Assembly (NCBI GenBank): GCA_036678685.1
Contig: JAZIHH010000001.1
Location: 81,614-145,613, forward strand
Direction: 5' to 3'
From: Bacillota bacterium
Lineage (GTDB): Bacteria; Bacillota; UBA4882; UBA10575
DNA length: 64,000 nt
How positions within the stretch are numbered: position 1 is the first letter of the stretch; every line of letters starts with the position of its first letter. This document shows, piece by piece, positions 26,348 through 35,286 of the stretch. A program made the translations under genes and the position numbers. The notes below the pieces were generated by a model. It saw only the letters and a list, made by a program, of their open reading frames with translations, did no database searches and was not told the origin of the DNA.

Positions 26348-28456
26348 CTACAAGTCGGTGTTCAGGAAATAAACGGTTACGGTCATCCCCGGACTCAAAC
26401 GTGTTCCCGGCGGGGGAATTTGGGCCACCGCCAGGCCGGTCCCGTGAGCCGTCAGCCGTAACCCCATTTCTTTCAGGATCTTTTCCGCCTTTTCCACGGA
26501 AAGTCCGGTTAAATCCGGGACCAGGACCGTAGATTCTTCTACATTATACTTTGCTTTTTCGTCGTAGTAAAGAAGGATTGCTGTTTTGGGCGGTACCATC
26601 GTCCCTGCTTTAGGATTCTGTTCCATCACATAATCTCCTGTTCCCAATTCCCGCCAGGCGAGGCCGGCTCTGGACAAGATCTGCCTTGCTTCTTCCTTGG
26701 TGAGCCGCAACAGGTTGGGGACGGGTTGTAAAGCGGCTTCGTATTCAGAGAGACCCGGTTCCGGCGTTGACGGCGGGACCCCCAGGTAGCGTAGGACGTC
26801 CCGTACGACGGCGGCGAAGACCGGAGCAGTGATTACTCCTCCGTATTTCACCGGGCCCTGCGGTTCATCCAAGATTACCAACGCCGCCACTTGCGGGTCT
26901 TCCACCGGGGCAAAACCAAGAAACGAGGCGATCCGTTCCGCGCCGTAGGCGCCGCCGACCGGCTTTTGGGCCGTGCCGGTTTTGCCGGCCACCCGGTAGC
27001 CCGGGATTTGGGCCCGGTTTCCCGACCCTTGGGTAACAACCGATTCCAGAATCAATTTTAATTCTTCCGCCGTTTTTTCCGACAAAACGCGGCGGACTAC
27101 TTTTTTCTCAAATCTTTTGATTACTTCACCATCAACCGTCCTTACCTCCCGTACCAGCCGGGGTTCAAGCAAAAAACCGCCATTGGCGATGACCGCCAAG
27201 GCCTGCAACAACTGGACGGGCGTTACGGAGATCCCCTGCCCGAAACCGATGGTGGCGAGTTCCACGTTTTTGATCCGGGACAACGGCGGGACAATGCCCC
27301 GGGCTTCCCCGGGGAAGTCGATCCCCGTCGGCGAACCAAAACCGAAAGCTTCGAGATAATGATAGAATTTTTCTTTCCCCAGGCGGAGGGCAAGGGTGGC
27401 GAAGACGGGATTACAAGAATTTTCCGTTGCCTCCACAAAGGTTTGACGGCCGTGGCCCCCGGCCCGCCAACAACCCAGCCGGGTGTTGTCAACCAGAAGA
27501 AAACCGGGATCAAAAAATACCGAATCCCGGCGGACCACACCTTCTTCCAGAGCGGCGGCGGCCGTAACAATTTTAAAAGTGGAACCCGGCTCAAACTGGT
27601 CGGTGACCGGCCAATTCCGCCAGGTATTTACCGGATAGTTTTGGTAATTGTTCGGGTCGAAAGTGGGATAAACCGCCATCGCCAAAATTTCACCGGTGAT
27701 GGGGTTCATGACAACTATACATCCGCGTTTGGCTCCCTCCTGCAAAACCGCTTTTTCCAATTCCCGTTCGGCAATATGTTGAATCCGCTCATCAAGCGTG
27801 AGCACCAAACTTACTCCGTCCCGGGGAGGCACATATCTCCTTTCCCCCAAGGGAATACTCTGCCCCCGGGAATCAAATTCCGCCTGTTGGCTGCCGGGCA
27901 CGCCCCGGAGATACTCGTCGTAATATTTTTCCAAACCCTCCAGCCCTTGATTGTCAATGCCGGCAAACCCCAGGACTTGCGCAGCCAGCTTACTTTGGGG
28001 GTAAAAACGCTGGGCTTTGGGAATCACCTCGATCCCGGGGAGGCGGGCCCGGCGAATCATTTCCGCTTCTTCGGGGAGAGCCTTTCTTTTCAGCCAGACA
28101 AAGGAAAGGTTGCGGGTTAAAAGGTTATAGACCGTCTCTTCCGGCATACTTAAAATCTCGGCAACGGTTTTTGCCGTTTTTGCCACATCCGTTACCTGCC
28201 GGGGAACGGCATAAACGCAATCGGCATCAAAACTGACGGCCAAAGGACGATGATTGCGGTCGAAAATCATTCCCCGCTTCGGCTCCAGGGGTATATCGCG
28301 TAAGCGTTGATTCTCGGCTATTTTCTGATAATACTCGGCTTTTAAAACTTGAAGGTAAAAAAGGCGACCGGTGAGGATCCCGGTAAACATAAAGATCATT
28401 AAAAAAAGGATGGTTATCCTTTTCTTAACGACCAGGAGTCGGTTGAAAATCCGCAC
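26348..28456 (-). CDS. class B penicillin-binding protein with two C-terminal PASTA domains (FtsI/SpoVD type)
   Basis: 702 aa with an N-terminal TM helix, a PBP dimerisation domain, transpeptidase motifs STFK, SNS-like and KTGT, and PASTA repeats at the C-terminus. Confidence 0.92.
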   Translation of the reverse strand: MRIFNRLLVVKKRITILFLMIFMFTGILTGRLFYLQVLKAEYYQKIAENQRLRDIPLEPKRGMIFDRNHRPLAVSFDADCVYAVPRQVTDVAKTAKTVAEILSMPEETVYNLLTRNLSFVWLKRKALPEEAEMIRRARLPGIEVIPKAQRFYPQSKLAAQVLGFAGIDNQGLEGLEKYYDEYLRGVPGSQQAEFDSRGQSIPLGERRYVPPRDGVSLVLTLDERIQHIAERELEKAVLQEGAKRGCIVVMNPITGEILAMAVYPTFDPNNYQNYPVNTWRNWPVTDQFEPGSTFKIVTAAAALEEGVVRRDSVFFDPGFLLVDNTRLGCWRAGGHGRQTFVEATENSCNPVFATLALRLGKEKFYHYLEAFGFGSPTGIDFPGEARGIVPPLSRIKNVELATIGFGQGISVTPVQLLQALAVIANGGFLLEPRLVREVRTVDGEVIKRFEKKVVRRVLSEKTAEELKLILESVVTQGSGNRAQIPGYRVAGKTGTAQKPVGGAYGAERIASFLGFAPVEDPQVAALVILDEPQGPVKYGGVITAPVFAAVVRDVLRYLGVPPSTPEPGLSEYEAALQPVPNLLRLTKEEARQILSRAGLAWRELGTGDYVMEQNPKAGTMVPPKTAILLYYDEKAKYNVEESTVLVPDLTGLSVEKAEKILKEMGLRLTAHGTGLAVAQIPPPGTRLSPGMTVTVYFLNTDL

Positions 28457-28483
28457 AGCTCACCTCCACCCTTTACCGGCCGT

Positions 28484-28969
28484 TCAATACCGGGTTCCGG
28501 CCAAAGTCCGTCCCACTCCGGACAGCCACCCCGCTATCCTTTCCATAACCCCCTGGTTTAAGCTTCCGGCCTCCGAACCTTGCATATACAAGGTAATCTC
28601 CGGTGTTTCCAGAACCGGCGGAGACAAAGCGGCAAGTTGTGTGTTGGTTATAATCCCGGTGGGTTTCATGCCCAGATTATTCAGGGCAATAGTTTCAATC
28701 CGGCCGCTGGAACTCAAATTGGCCAGGTCATACTGGAGATGGCCAATAATTTTTTCCACTTCTTTTATTTCGTTTTCAACTTTATGGAGTTGCTGTTGGG
28801 TCTGGGCCAGCAATGCTTGGACTAAAGTGTTGGCCGTCATCAAACAGAGCAAAAGGCCGGTAACCCGGATCAGGTTAACAAACTTTTTTTTGTTGAACCT
28901 CCGGACTCTCCGCACTCTTACCCTGCGCGGAGCCGGATAATACAAATCTTCGGCCTTTGCTGTTACCAT
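28484..28969 (-). CDS. ftsL: cell division protein FtsL-like (septum formation initiator)
   Basis: Trimmed to the ATG at 28969 with a GGAGGAGGAGG RBS. It has one TM helix plus a coiled coil, and sits between rsmH and the PBP gene. Confidence 0.7.
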   Translation of the reverse strand: MVTAKAEDLYYPAPRRVRVRRVRRFNKKKFVNLIRVTGLLLCLMTANTLVQALLAQTQQQLHKVENEIKEVEKIIGHLQYDLANLSSSGRIETIALNNLGMKPTGIITNTQLAALSPPVLETPEITLYMQGSEAGSLNQGVMERIAGWLSGVGRTLAGTRY

Positions 28970-28991
28970 TTTTATGCCTCCTCCTCCGGTA

Positions 28992-29933
28992 CTAGACCAA
29001 TTTACGAACAGCTCTAAGCTTGGCACTGCGGGAGCGGTTGTTGGTTTTTTTTTCCTCCGCTGAAGGAGTCACCGGACGGGGGGTGAGAATCTCGATGACG
29101 GGTCTCCCCTCGCAGCGGCAAACCGGTAATTCCGGCGGGCACTGACAAGAACGGGCTTTTTCCTGGAAAATTTTCTTCACAATCCGGTCTTCCAAAGAAT
29201 GAAAGGAAATCACCGCCATCCGGCCGCCCGGGGCCAGGCTGTTGATCCCGGCAACCAGGGCCTTTGTTAAGGCTTCCAACTCCCGGTTAACCGCAATGCG
29301 TAACGCCTGAAAAGTGCGCCGGGCCGGATGAGGCCCGCGGCGGCGGGCGCCGGCCGGGATAGCGGCTTTAATGACCTCCACCAAATGGCCGGTGGTAAGG
29401 ATAGACCGGCGTTGACGTTCCTCCACAATAAAGCGGGCGATCCGGGAAGCCCAAGCTTCTTCCCCATAATCCCGGATGATCCGGGTCAACTCTTCTTGGG
29501 TGGCACTGTTAACCAGCTCGGCGGCGGAAAACTTCTGCGAAACATCCATCCGCATATCCAGGGGAGCATCCTGCAAGTAGGAAAAGCCTCTTTGCCCCTC
29601 GTCAAGCTGAAGGGAGGAAACCCCAAGATCAAAGAGGATCCCGTCGGGGGCCGGCAGTTTTTCTTCTTGCAGAAAAGCGGCCAAATCTTCAAAGTTTCCC
29701 TGCCGCAAAAGCAAACGTCCGGGAAAAAAAGATAAATTTTCCCCGGCCATCACCAGGGCCGAGGCATCCAGATCGATCCCCAGCAGGGTCCCGGAAGGGC
29801 CCAGTCTTTCGGCAATCAAAGAAGCATGCCCGCCCATGCCGATTGTGGCGTCCACAAAGGTCTCCCCGGCCGCCGGGGCCAGGTATCTCAGGACTTCCGC
29901 GGGCAAGACAGGAATATGAACCGTCCTGTTCAT
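28992..29933 (-). CDS. rsmH: 16S rRNA (cytosine1402-N4)-methyltransferase
   Basis: Trimmed to the ATG at 29933 (MNRTVHIPVLPAEVL...), with DATIGMGGH and DLGVSS motifs. Confidence 0.94.
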   Translation of the reverse strand: MNRTVHIPVLPAEVLRYLAPAAGETFVDATIGMGGHASLIAERLGPSGTLLGIDLDASALVMAGENLSFFPGRLLLRQGNFEDLAAFLQEEKLPAPDGILFDLGVSSLQLDEGQRGFSYLQDAPLDMRMDVSQKFSAAELVNSATQEELTRIIRDYGEEAWASRIARFIVEERQRRSILTTGHLVEVIKAAIPAGARRRGPHPARRTFQALRIAVNRELEALTKALVAGINSLAPGGRMAVISFHSLEDRIVKKIFQEKARSCQCPPELPVCRCEGRPVIEILTPRPVTPSAEEKKTNNRSRSAKLRAVRKLV

Positions 29934-29968
29934 ATCCTCTTCCTCCTCGCCGGGCTCAGAGTGAGTGT

Positions 29969-30394
29969 TTAAATACCGAGACCAATAATCTTCTCCGCCA
30001 GGGTCTCGTAAGATTCTTCCGCCTTCTTGGCATATTCGTCCCAAACTTCGCGGGCCCAAATTTCAATCCGGGTGGCAACTCCCAAAATATATAAATCCTT
30101 TTTAATCCGGGCATGTTCCCGGAGGTGAGGCGGGATGGAGATCCGGCCTTGCTTGTCCGGTTCACACTCCACGGCGCCGGAAAAAAACAAGCGGACAAAA
30201 GCTCTGGCATCCGCCTGCGTCGTGGGAAGGGCCTTCATTTTTTCTTCGATGTTTTTCCATTCCGAAAGCGGGTAAACAAATAACGAGTGTTCCAGCCCGC
30301 GGGTGAGAACAAACTGCTCCCCCAGACCGTCCCGGAATTTCGCCGGGATAATCACACGGCCTTTTTCGTCCAGGGAATGCTGGTACTCACCCAT
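29969..30394 (-). CDS. mraZ: transcriptional regulator MraZ
   Basis: MGEYQHSLDEKGRVIIPAKFR plus a second SpoVT/AbrB-like repeat. The start is either the ATG at 30394 or the TTG at 30400, which would give the classical MFMGEY. Confidence 0.92.
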   Translation of the reverse strand: MGEYQHSLDEKGRVIIPAKFRDGLGEQFVLTRGLEHSLFVYPLSEWKNIEEKMKALPTTQADARAFVRLFFSGAVECEPDKQGRISIPPHLREHARIKKDLYILGVATRIEIWAREVWDEYAKKAEESYETLAEKIIGLGI

Positions 30395-30600
30395 AAACAA
30401 CGGACCGTCACCCCATTTTCTTTCTTCCACTTCACTCCACTTTGCTCCACTTGCCGCCCCCTACTAATCATAATGCTCCATTTTTTCTGATTTGTCAAGG
30501 TTTTTTTATATTTTTTCCCATGGCCGGGCAAAAAATAAAAACCCCCAGCTCTAAGGGGGCACAATTTTTAAATTCTCTCAATTTTTAATATCGTTATTTT

Positions 30601-30774
30601 TTAGAATTTTTTCTCATTTGTGATTATTCCCAACAAGATTAGCAAACCGGTCAGGATGAGAACATCCAGGGCATTGGGTAAAAACAAGCATTTAACCAGT
30701 ACCAGCCCGGTAACAACCAGTAAAATACCTTTTTCCAACTGTTTAAAATCAAAAAAAGGTTTCCGGGGTTGCAA
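30601..30774 (-). CDS. possible 57-aa two-helix membrane micro-protein (not in ORF track)
   Basis: Manual translation from the TTG at 30774, which follows GGAGGAAGGGT, gives LQPRKPFFDFKQLEKGILLVVTGLVLVKCLFLPNALDVLILTGLLILLGIITNEKKF*. Confidence 0.3.
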   Translation of the reverse strand: MQPRKPFFDFKQLEKGILLVVTGLVLVKCLFLPNALDVLILTGLLILLGIITNEKKF

Positions 30775-30939
30775 ACCCTTCCTCCCCTTCCGGCATTTCT
30801 CCCGGGATATTATATGTAAAAGATAAAAAAAAAGACCGGTTAACCGATTATCTGTCTTAATGACTTATTTTTTACATAAAAGGTAGGATTTTAAATAAAC
30901 TTGTCGAAAATTTTTGGTAAAATTTAAGGAGGATAAATT

Positions 30940-31443
30940 ATGAAAAAAATCTCTATCTTATTTTTAACCTTTTTATTCTTATTGAGCACGGCAGGGATGG
31001 CCTCGGCCGTTGATTTTTCTTTGACTATTGGAACTATAGGCGTTCGTCCAACTATTGAGGCCGGGTTGCATCTCGGCGATCGTTTCGAAGCAACCGTTGG
31101 CTTTGATTTTCTTAGTGTGTCTAAATCATTTTCTTCAGTTTATAAAGCGAGTGGTCATAAAATTACGATTTCTCCCGGAATACGGTATTACTACAAGAAA
31201 GCCGGCAAAGTGGACTCCTTTTTCTTTGGCCGGCTGAAAAAGGAATTATATGGCGGTGATCTTCTTCCTCCTGAGGAAAGTATATTTGAGTTTACCGGCG
31301 GCTTGGGTTTTGCCTACAATATTGACCCCCGGTTCGCCGTCCTTACCGAAGCCGGATTACTATGGTATTCTGAGAAGCTCCATGATTACTCGCATACCGA
31401 AACAGTTACCATTTATTCTGTTGGTTTTAAATGCCTCCTCTAA
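30940..31443 (+). CDS. secreted small protein with beta-barrel-like alternating pattern (OmpX/OmpW-like?)
   Basis: ATG preceded by an AAGGAGGA RBS. The signal peptide MKKISILFLTFLFLLSTAGMASA has an AxA site. The mature part (~144 aa) shows repeated amphipathic beta-strand patterns (TVGFDFLSV, ITISPGIRYYY, GGLGFAYNI, VTIYSVGF). Confidence 0.6.
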   Translation: MKKISILFLTFLFLLSTAGMASAVDFSLTIGTIGVRPTIEAGLHLGDRFEATVGFDFLSVSKSFSSVYKASGHKITISPGIRYYYKKAGKVDSFFFGRLKKELYGGDLLPPEESIFEFTGGLGFAYNIDPRFAVLTEAGLLWYSEKLHDYSHTETVTIYSVGFKCLL

Positions 31444-31527
31444 ATTCCCGGCCACACAATAACGAAAAAGCCCCGGCTGAACACGGAGCTTTTTAAGGGG
31501 CTAAGATTATGCCGGTATATATAATAA

Positions 31528-31559
31528 GAAAGAACCGAGGTTTCCCGGTTCTTTTTTTT
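31528..31559. terminator. bidirectional intrinsic terminator shared by pnp (minus) and the beta-barrel-like gene (plus)
   Basis: AGAACCG-loop-CGGTTCT is followed by T8 on the plus strand. On the minus strand the same hairpin is followed by TTTCTTATTAT. Confidence 0.7.
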
Positions 31560-33681
31560 ACTTGGCTTTCTTGGCTTTGGCTTTATTTTCGTTCTCCAGC
31601 AATACGGCTTTGCGGGAAAGATTTATTCTCCCCATGCGGTCGATTTCGATCACTTTGACCAGAATCTCATCGCCCGGTTTTACCACATCCTCTACCCTGG
31701 CCACCCGCTCCTTGGCCAGTTGTGAAATGTGGACCAACCCTTCTTTGCCGGGAAGCACCTCGACAAAAGCGCCGAAGTTCATCAACCTTACCACTTTGCC
31801 AAGATAGATTTGGCCTACCTCCACGTCGCTGGTTAATTTTTCAATGATGCTTTTGGCTTTCTCCCCGGCTTCCTGATCCAGGGCGGTGATGAAGACCCGT
31901 CCGTCATCTTCAATATCGATTTCCACCCCGGTTTCTTCGATTATTTTCCGGATGATCTTTCCGCCCGGGCCAATCACATCCCGGATCCGGTCGGGGTCAA
32001 TCTCCATGGTGATCATGCGGGGGGCGTAAGGGGAGAGATCAGGGCGGGGTTCCGCGATCGCCTCTTCCATTTTGTCGAGGATGAAAAACCGGCCTTTTTT
32101 AGCCTGTTCCAAGGCGAGTTGGAGTATTTCTTTGGTAATGCCGACAATCTTAATATCCATCTGGAGCGCTGTGATCCCGTCCCGGGTCCCGGCGACCTTA
32201 AAATCCATATCCCCCAGACGATCTTCCAGCCCTTGAATATCGGAGAGAATGACAAAATCGTCCTCCTGTTTTACCAAGCCCATGGCAATACCGGCAACAT
32301 GTTTCTTGATCTTCACCCCGGCATCCATCAACGCCAGGGAACTACCGCAAACACTCGCCTGGGAACTGGACCCGTTGGATTCCAGGATTTCCGAAACCAC
32401 TCTTATGGTATACGGGAATTCCTCCTCCGGGGGGATGAGGGGCAACAAAGCCCGTTCCGCCAACGCCCCGTGGCCAATGTCCCGGCGGCCGGGGCTGCGC
32501 ATGGGGCGCACCTCGCCGACACAGAAGGGGGGGAAATTATAATGGTGAATATACCGCTTGGACTCTTCCTCGCCCAAACCGTCCAGGATCTGTTCCTCGC
32601 TGATCCGGCCAAGGGTGACCACGGACAAGGCCTGGGTTTGCCCGCGGGTAAAAAGGGCCGAGCCGTGAGTGCGGGGCAATAAACCCACCTGGCAGGTTAC
32701 CGGCCTGATTTCGTCCGGTTTTCTTCCGTCCACCCGGATCCTTTCGTTAAAGATCATCTTTCTTACTTCGTCCTTGATCACAGTATCCAGGATTTCCTCT
32801 ATCGCCTTGACTTTTAACTCATATTCTTCTTCACCCAATTTTTCCTGGAAATACGCTTTGGTTTCTTCCTTGGCCTGTTCCAGGTTGTTCTCGCGTTCGA
32901 GTTTCTCCGAGGTTTTTAAGGCGGCAAGCAGTTTGGGAAGGGCATACTCTTTCACGGCCTCCGCCAGTTCCGGATCGACCGCCTCCTCCTCCACCTCAAT
33001 TTTCGGCTTCCCTTCGGCCTCCTGGATCGCTTCCTGAAAAGCGACGATTTTTTTAATCTCTTCGTGGGCGAAGAAGATTGCCTCCAGAATTATCTCTTCC
33101 GGCACCTCTTTCGCTCCGGCCTCAACCATCGTCACGGCATCTTTGGTCCCGGCAATGATCAGATCCATCTCGCTTTTGCTGCTCTGTTCCGAGGTGGGAT
33201 TGATGATAAACCGGCCGTCAACCCTCCCGAGATGAACCGCAGCCACCGGTCCGGCAAAAGGAATCTCCGACACGCCAACCGCCAAGGAAGCCCCGATCAA
33301 GGCCATGGTATCCGAAGGGTTGTCCGGATCCACCGATAAAACGGTAACCACCACCTGGATATCCCGGGTAAAATTTTCCGGAAAGAGCGGCCGGAGCGAG
33401 CGGTCAATGGCGCGCGCGGCTAAAATCGCACTTTCGGTAGGCTTGCCTTCCCGCCGCAGGAAACTGCCGGGAATTTTACCGACGGAATAAAGCCTTTCCT
33501 CATAGTCGACCAGAAGAGGCAGAAAATCCACTCCCTCCCTGGGTTGCTTGGCGACAACAGCCGTGACCAGTAAAACCGTGTCTCCGTACCGGACCAGTAC
33601 CGAACCGTTTGCCTGTTTGGCCACTTCATTTACTTCAAAAACCAGGGGCCGGCCGGCCAGTTCAGTTTGGTATTTCCCCAA
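31558..33681 (-). CDS. pnp: polyribonucleotide nucleotidyltransferase (PNPase)
   Basis: 707 aa with two RNase PH domains, a KH domain and an S1 domain. Confidence 0.97.
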   Translation of the reverse strand: MGKYQTELAGRPLVFEVNEVAKQANGSVLVRYGDTVLLVTAVVAKQPREGVDFLPLLVDYEERLYSVGKIPGSFLRREGKPTESAILAARAIDRSLRPLFPENFTRDIQVVVTVLSVDPDNPSDTMALIGASLAVGVSEIPFAGPVAAVHLGRVDGRFIINPTSEQSSKSEMDLIIAGTKDAVTMVEAGAKEVPEEIILEAIFFAHEEIKKIVAFQEAIQEAEGKPKIEVEEEAVDPELAEAVKEYALPKLLAALKTSEKLERENNLEQAKEETKAYFQEKLGEEEYELKVKAIEEILDTVIKDEVRKMIFNERIRVDGRKPDEIRPVTCQVGLLPRTHGSALFTRGQTQALSVVTLGRISEEQILDGLGEEESKRYIHHYNFPPFCVGEVRPMRSPGRRDIGHGALAERALLPLIPPEEEFPYTIRVVSEILESNGSSSQASVCGSSLALMDAGVKIKKHVAGIAMGLVKQEDDFVILSDIQGLEDRLGDMDFKVAGTRDGITALQMDIKIVGITKEILQLALEQAKKGRFFILDKMEEAIAEPRPDLSPYAPRMITMEIDPDRIRDVIGPGGKIIRKIIEETGVEIDIEDDGRVFITALDQEAGEKAKSIIEKLTSDVEVGQIYLGKVVRLMNFGAFVEVLPGKEGLVHISQLAKERVARVEDVVKPGDEILVKVIEIDRMGRINLSRKAVLLENENKAKAKKAK

Positions 33682-33770
33682 ATTATAACCTCCTTTTTAC
33701 TGTTTTTACTGTATTATCCAATTGCAACAAACTGTCAATGTTCTTTTGATCCTTCTTGGACCGGAAGGCA

Positions 33771-33799
33771 GACAAAGAAAAGCGGGGGATCGCCCGCTT
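33771..33799 (-). terminator. rpsO terminator / pnp leader hairpin
   Basis: On the minus strand, AGCGGG-CGATCC-CCCGCT is followed by TTTCTTTG, immediately after the rpsO stop. Confidence 0.65.
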
Positions 33800-33806
33800 T
33801 TCCGCC

Positions 33807-34076
33807 TTATTTTCGCAGTCCAAGGCGTTCGACTATTGCCCGGTACCGTTGGATGTCTTTTCTCTGCAGATAGTTGAGCAAGCCCCGGCGTTGACCCACC
33901 ATTTTCAATAAACCTCTACGGGAATGGAAATCTTTCTTATGGACCTTTAAATGTTCAGTCAGGTAATTAATCCGCTGGGTTAATATGGCAATTTGCACCT
34001 CGGGAGAACCGGTATCATTCTCATGAATCCGGTACTCCTCAATCACCTGCTGTTTGTCGGTCTGGGTTAAAGCCAT
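33807..34076 (-). CDS. rpsO: 30S ribosomal protein S15
   Basis: 89 aa, [57 protein letters not shown]... Confidence 0.98.
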   Translation of the reverse strand: MALTQTDKQQVIEEYRIHENDTGSPEVQIAILTQRINYLTEHLKVHKKDFHSRRGLLKMVGQRRGLLNYLQRKDIQRYRAIVERLGLRK

Positions 34077-34170
34077 CTCTTCACCTCCTCATTCTTTTTC
34101 CTCCCTTACCCGCGACAACCGCCGGAGGAACGGTAATCCCAGGCAAGGGTGACGGATAACCACAAAGTAA

Positions 34171-34199
34171 ATTTTATCATAGTTCCTGGGCAGTGTAAA
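34171..34199 (-). promoter_or_regulatory. sigma-A type promoter of rpsO
   Basis: On the minus strand, TTTACA, a 17-nt spacer and TAAAAT lie ~95 nt upstream of the rpsO ATG. Confidence 0.5.
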
Positions 34200-34235
34200 T
34201 ATTTAGATTATTCCACACCCCGGGAATAACCCGGT

Positions 34236-35207
34236 TCACCGGCTTTTCTCCCCGTTTCTCTCCACGCGGATCAGGCCGGAACAGGGAATAATTTCAATCC
34301 CGGCCGCGGAGAGGTGGTCAAGGAAAAGATTCATCCCCAGGGAATCACTGGCCATATGACCGGCAATGACAATCCGGACATGATTTTCCTGGGCCGCCTT
34401 GCGGTTCTTCTCACTGATATGCATGCACACCAGGGTACCAACCCCGGCTTTGGCCCACTCGGCAAACATCTCCGGGGAGCCGCCCGTACCGCCCGTCATT
34501 TCCACCACAATCTTCCCGGCCTTCATATTTTTATTCCCGGGTTCCAACAACTGGGGACCGGCGCTCACTTTGGCCGCTTCTTGATATTCGGGGATCGTCA
34601 GCAAAGCATCGACAATCTCCCCGACGGTTTTCGGTTTTTCCCGGTCCAAAAATTCCTGCAGGTAAGCGGTGACACAATTGTCGGCCGGGGTATGCACACA
34701 CATCATCATGTAGTCCAGAAGCCGGGCGGCATCAACGGCCCGGTTGTGATTCTGCGGCATCAAGGCTCTTCTTACTTCCTGAATCCGTTCGGCCAGAACT
34801 CCTTCGGCGACGTTAATCGGCACCCCGTATCCGGCCATAAATTCTTCCTGTAACGGCATGACCTCATGCAGCCGTGCCAGCGCCTTCCCCTGCGGGTGGT
34901 GGGAAAGCAAGAGGTCCACCGGTTGGCCTCTTTCCTTCAGGCGTTCAGCCAGGAGAACTTCGCCCACACCCAGGTCGATGCCGGACAAAATCCTTTTCAC
35001 TTCCCTCTCCCCGTCACCCGTCAGGATGCGGGTGTCGGCATAGGGGTTTTCCAGGCTGTCCAGGTCAAAATAATCTTTCTGCGGCGGCTTGCTCTCCTCC
35101 CACTTTTTTTTGGCTTCCTCGAGGACCCGCTGAATTTCTTCCCGGGGGCGAGGATCCTTTTCCATGCCAATTTTAATCGCCAGTTTGTATATGTCGTTCA
35201 GTTTCAA
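34236..35207 (-). CDS. NIF3-family (DUF34) dinuclear-metal-centre protein
   Basis: 323 aa with LLLSHHP and other NIF3-like motifs, and a C-terminal IAGHMASD. Confidence 0.65.
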   Translation of the reverse strand: MKLNDIYKLAIKIGMEKDPRPREEIQRVLEEAKKKWEESKPPQKDYFDLDSLENPYADTRILTGDGEREVKRILSGIDLGVGEVLLAERLKERGQPVDLLLSHHPQGKALARLHEVMPLQEEFMAGYGVPINVAEGVLAERIQEVRRALMPQNHNRAVDAARLLDYMMMCVHTPADNCVTAYLQEFLDREKPKTVGEIVDALLTIPEYQEAAKVSAGPQLLEPGNKNMKAGKIVVEMTGGTGGSPEMFAEWAKAGVGTLVCMHISEKNRKAAQENHVRIVIAGHMASDSLGMNLFLDHLSAAGIEIIPCSGLIRVERNGEKSR

Positions 35208-35286
35208 CTACATCGCCTCCTTAATCGTGATCCTTCTCTTGATTCATTTTTACTCTTACGTAAAACCAAAAATCAAGATTTCCGTT

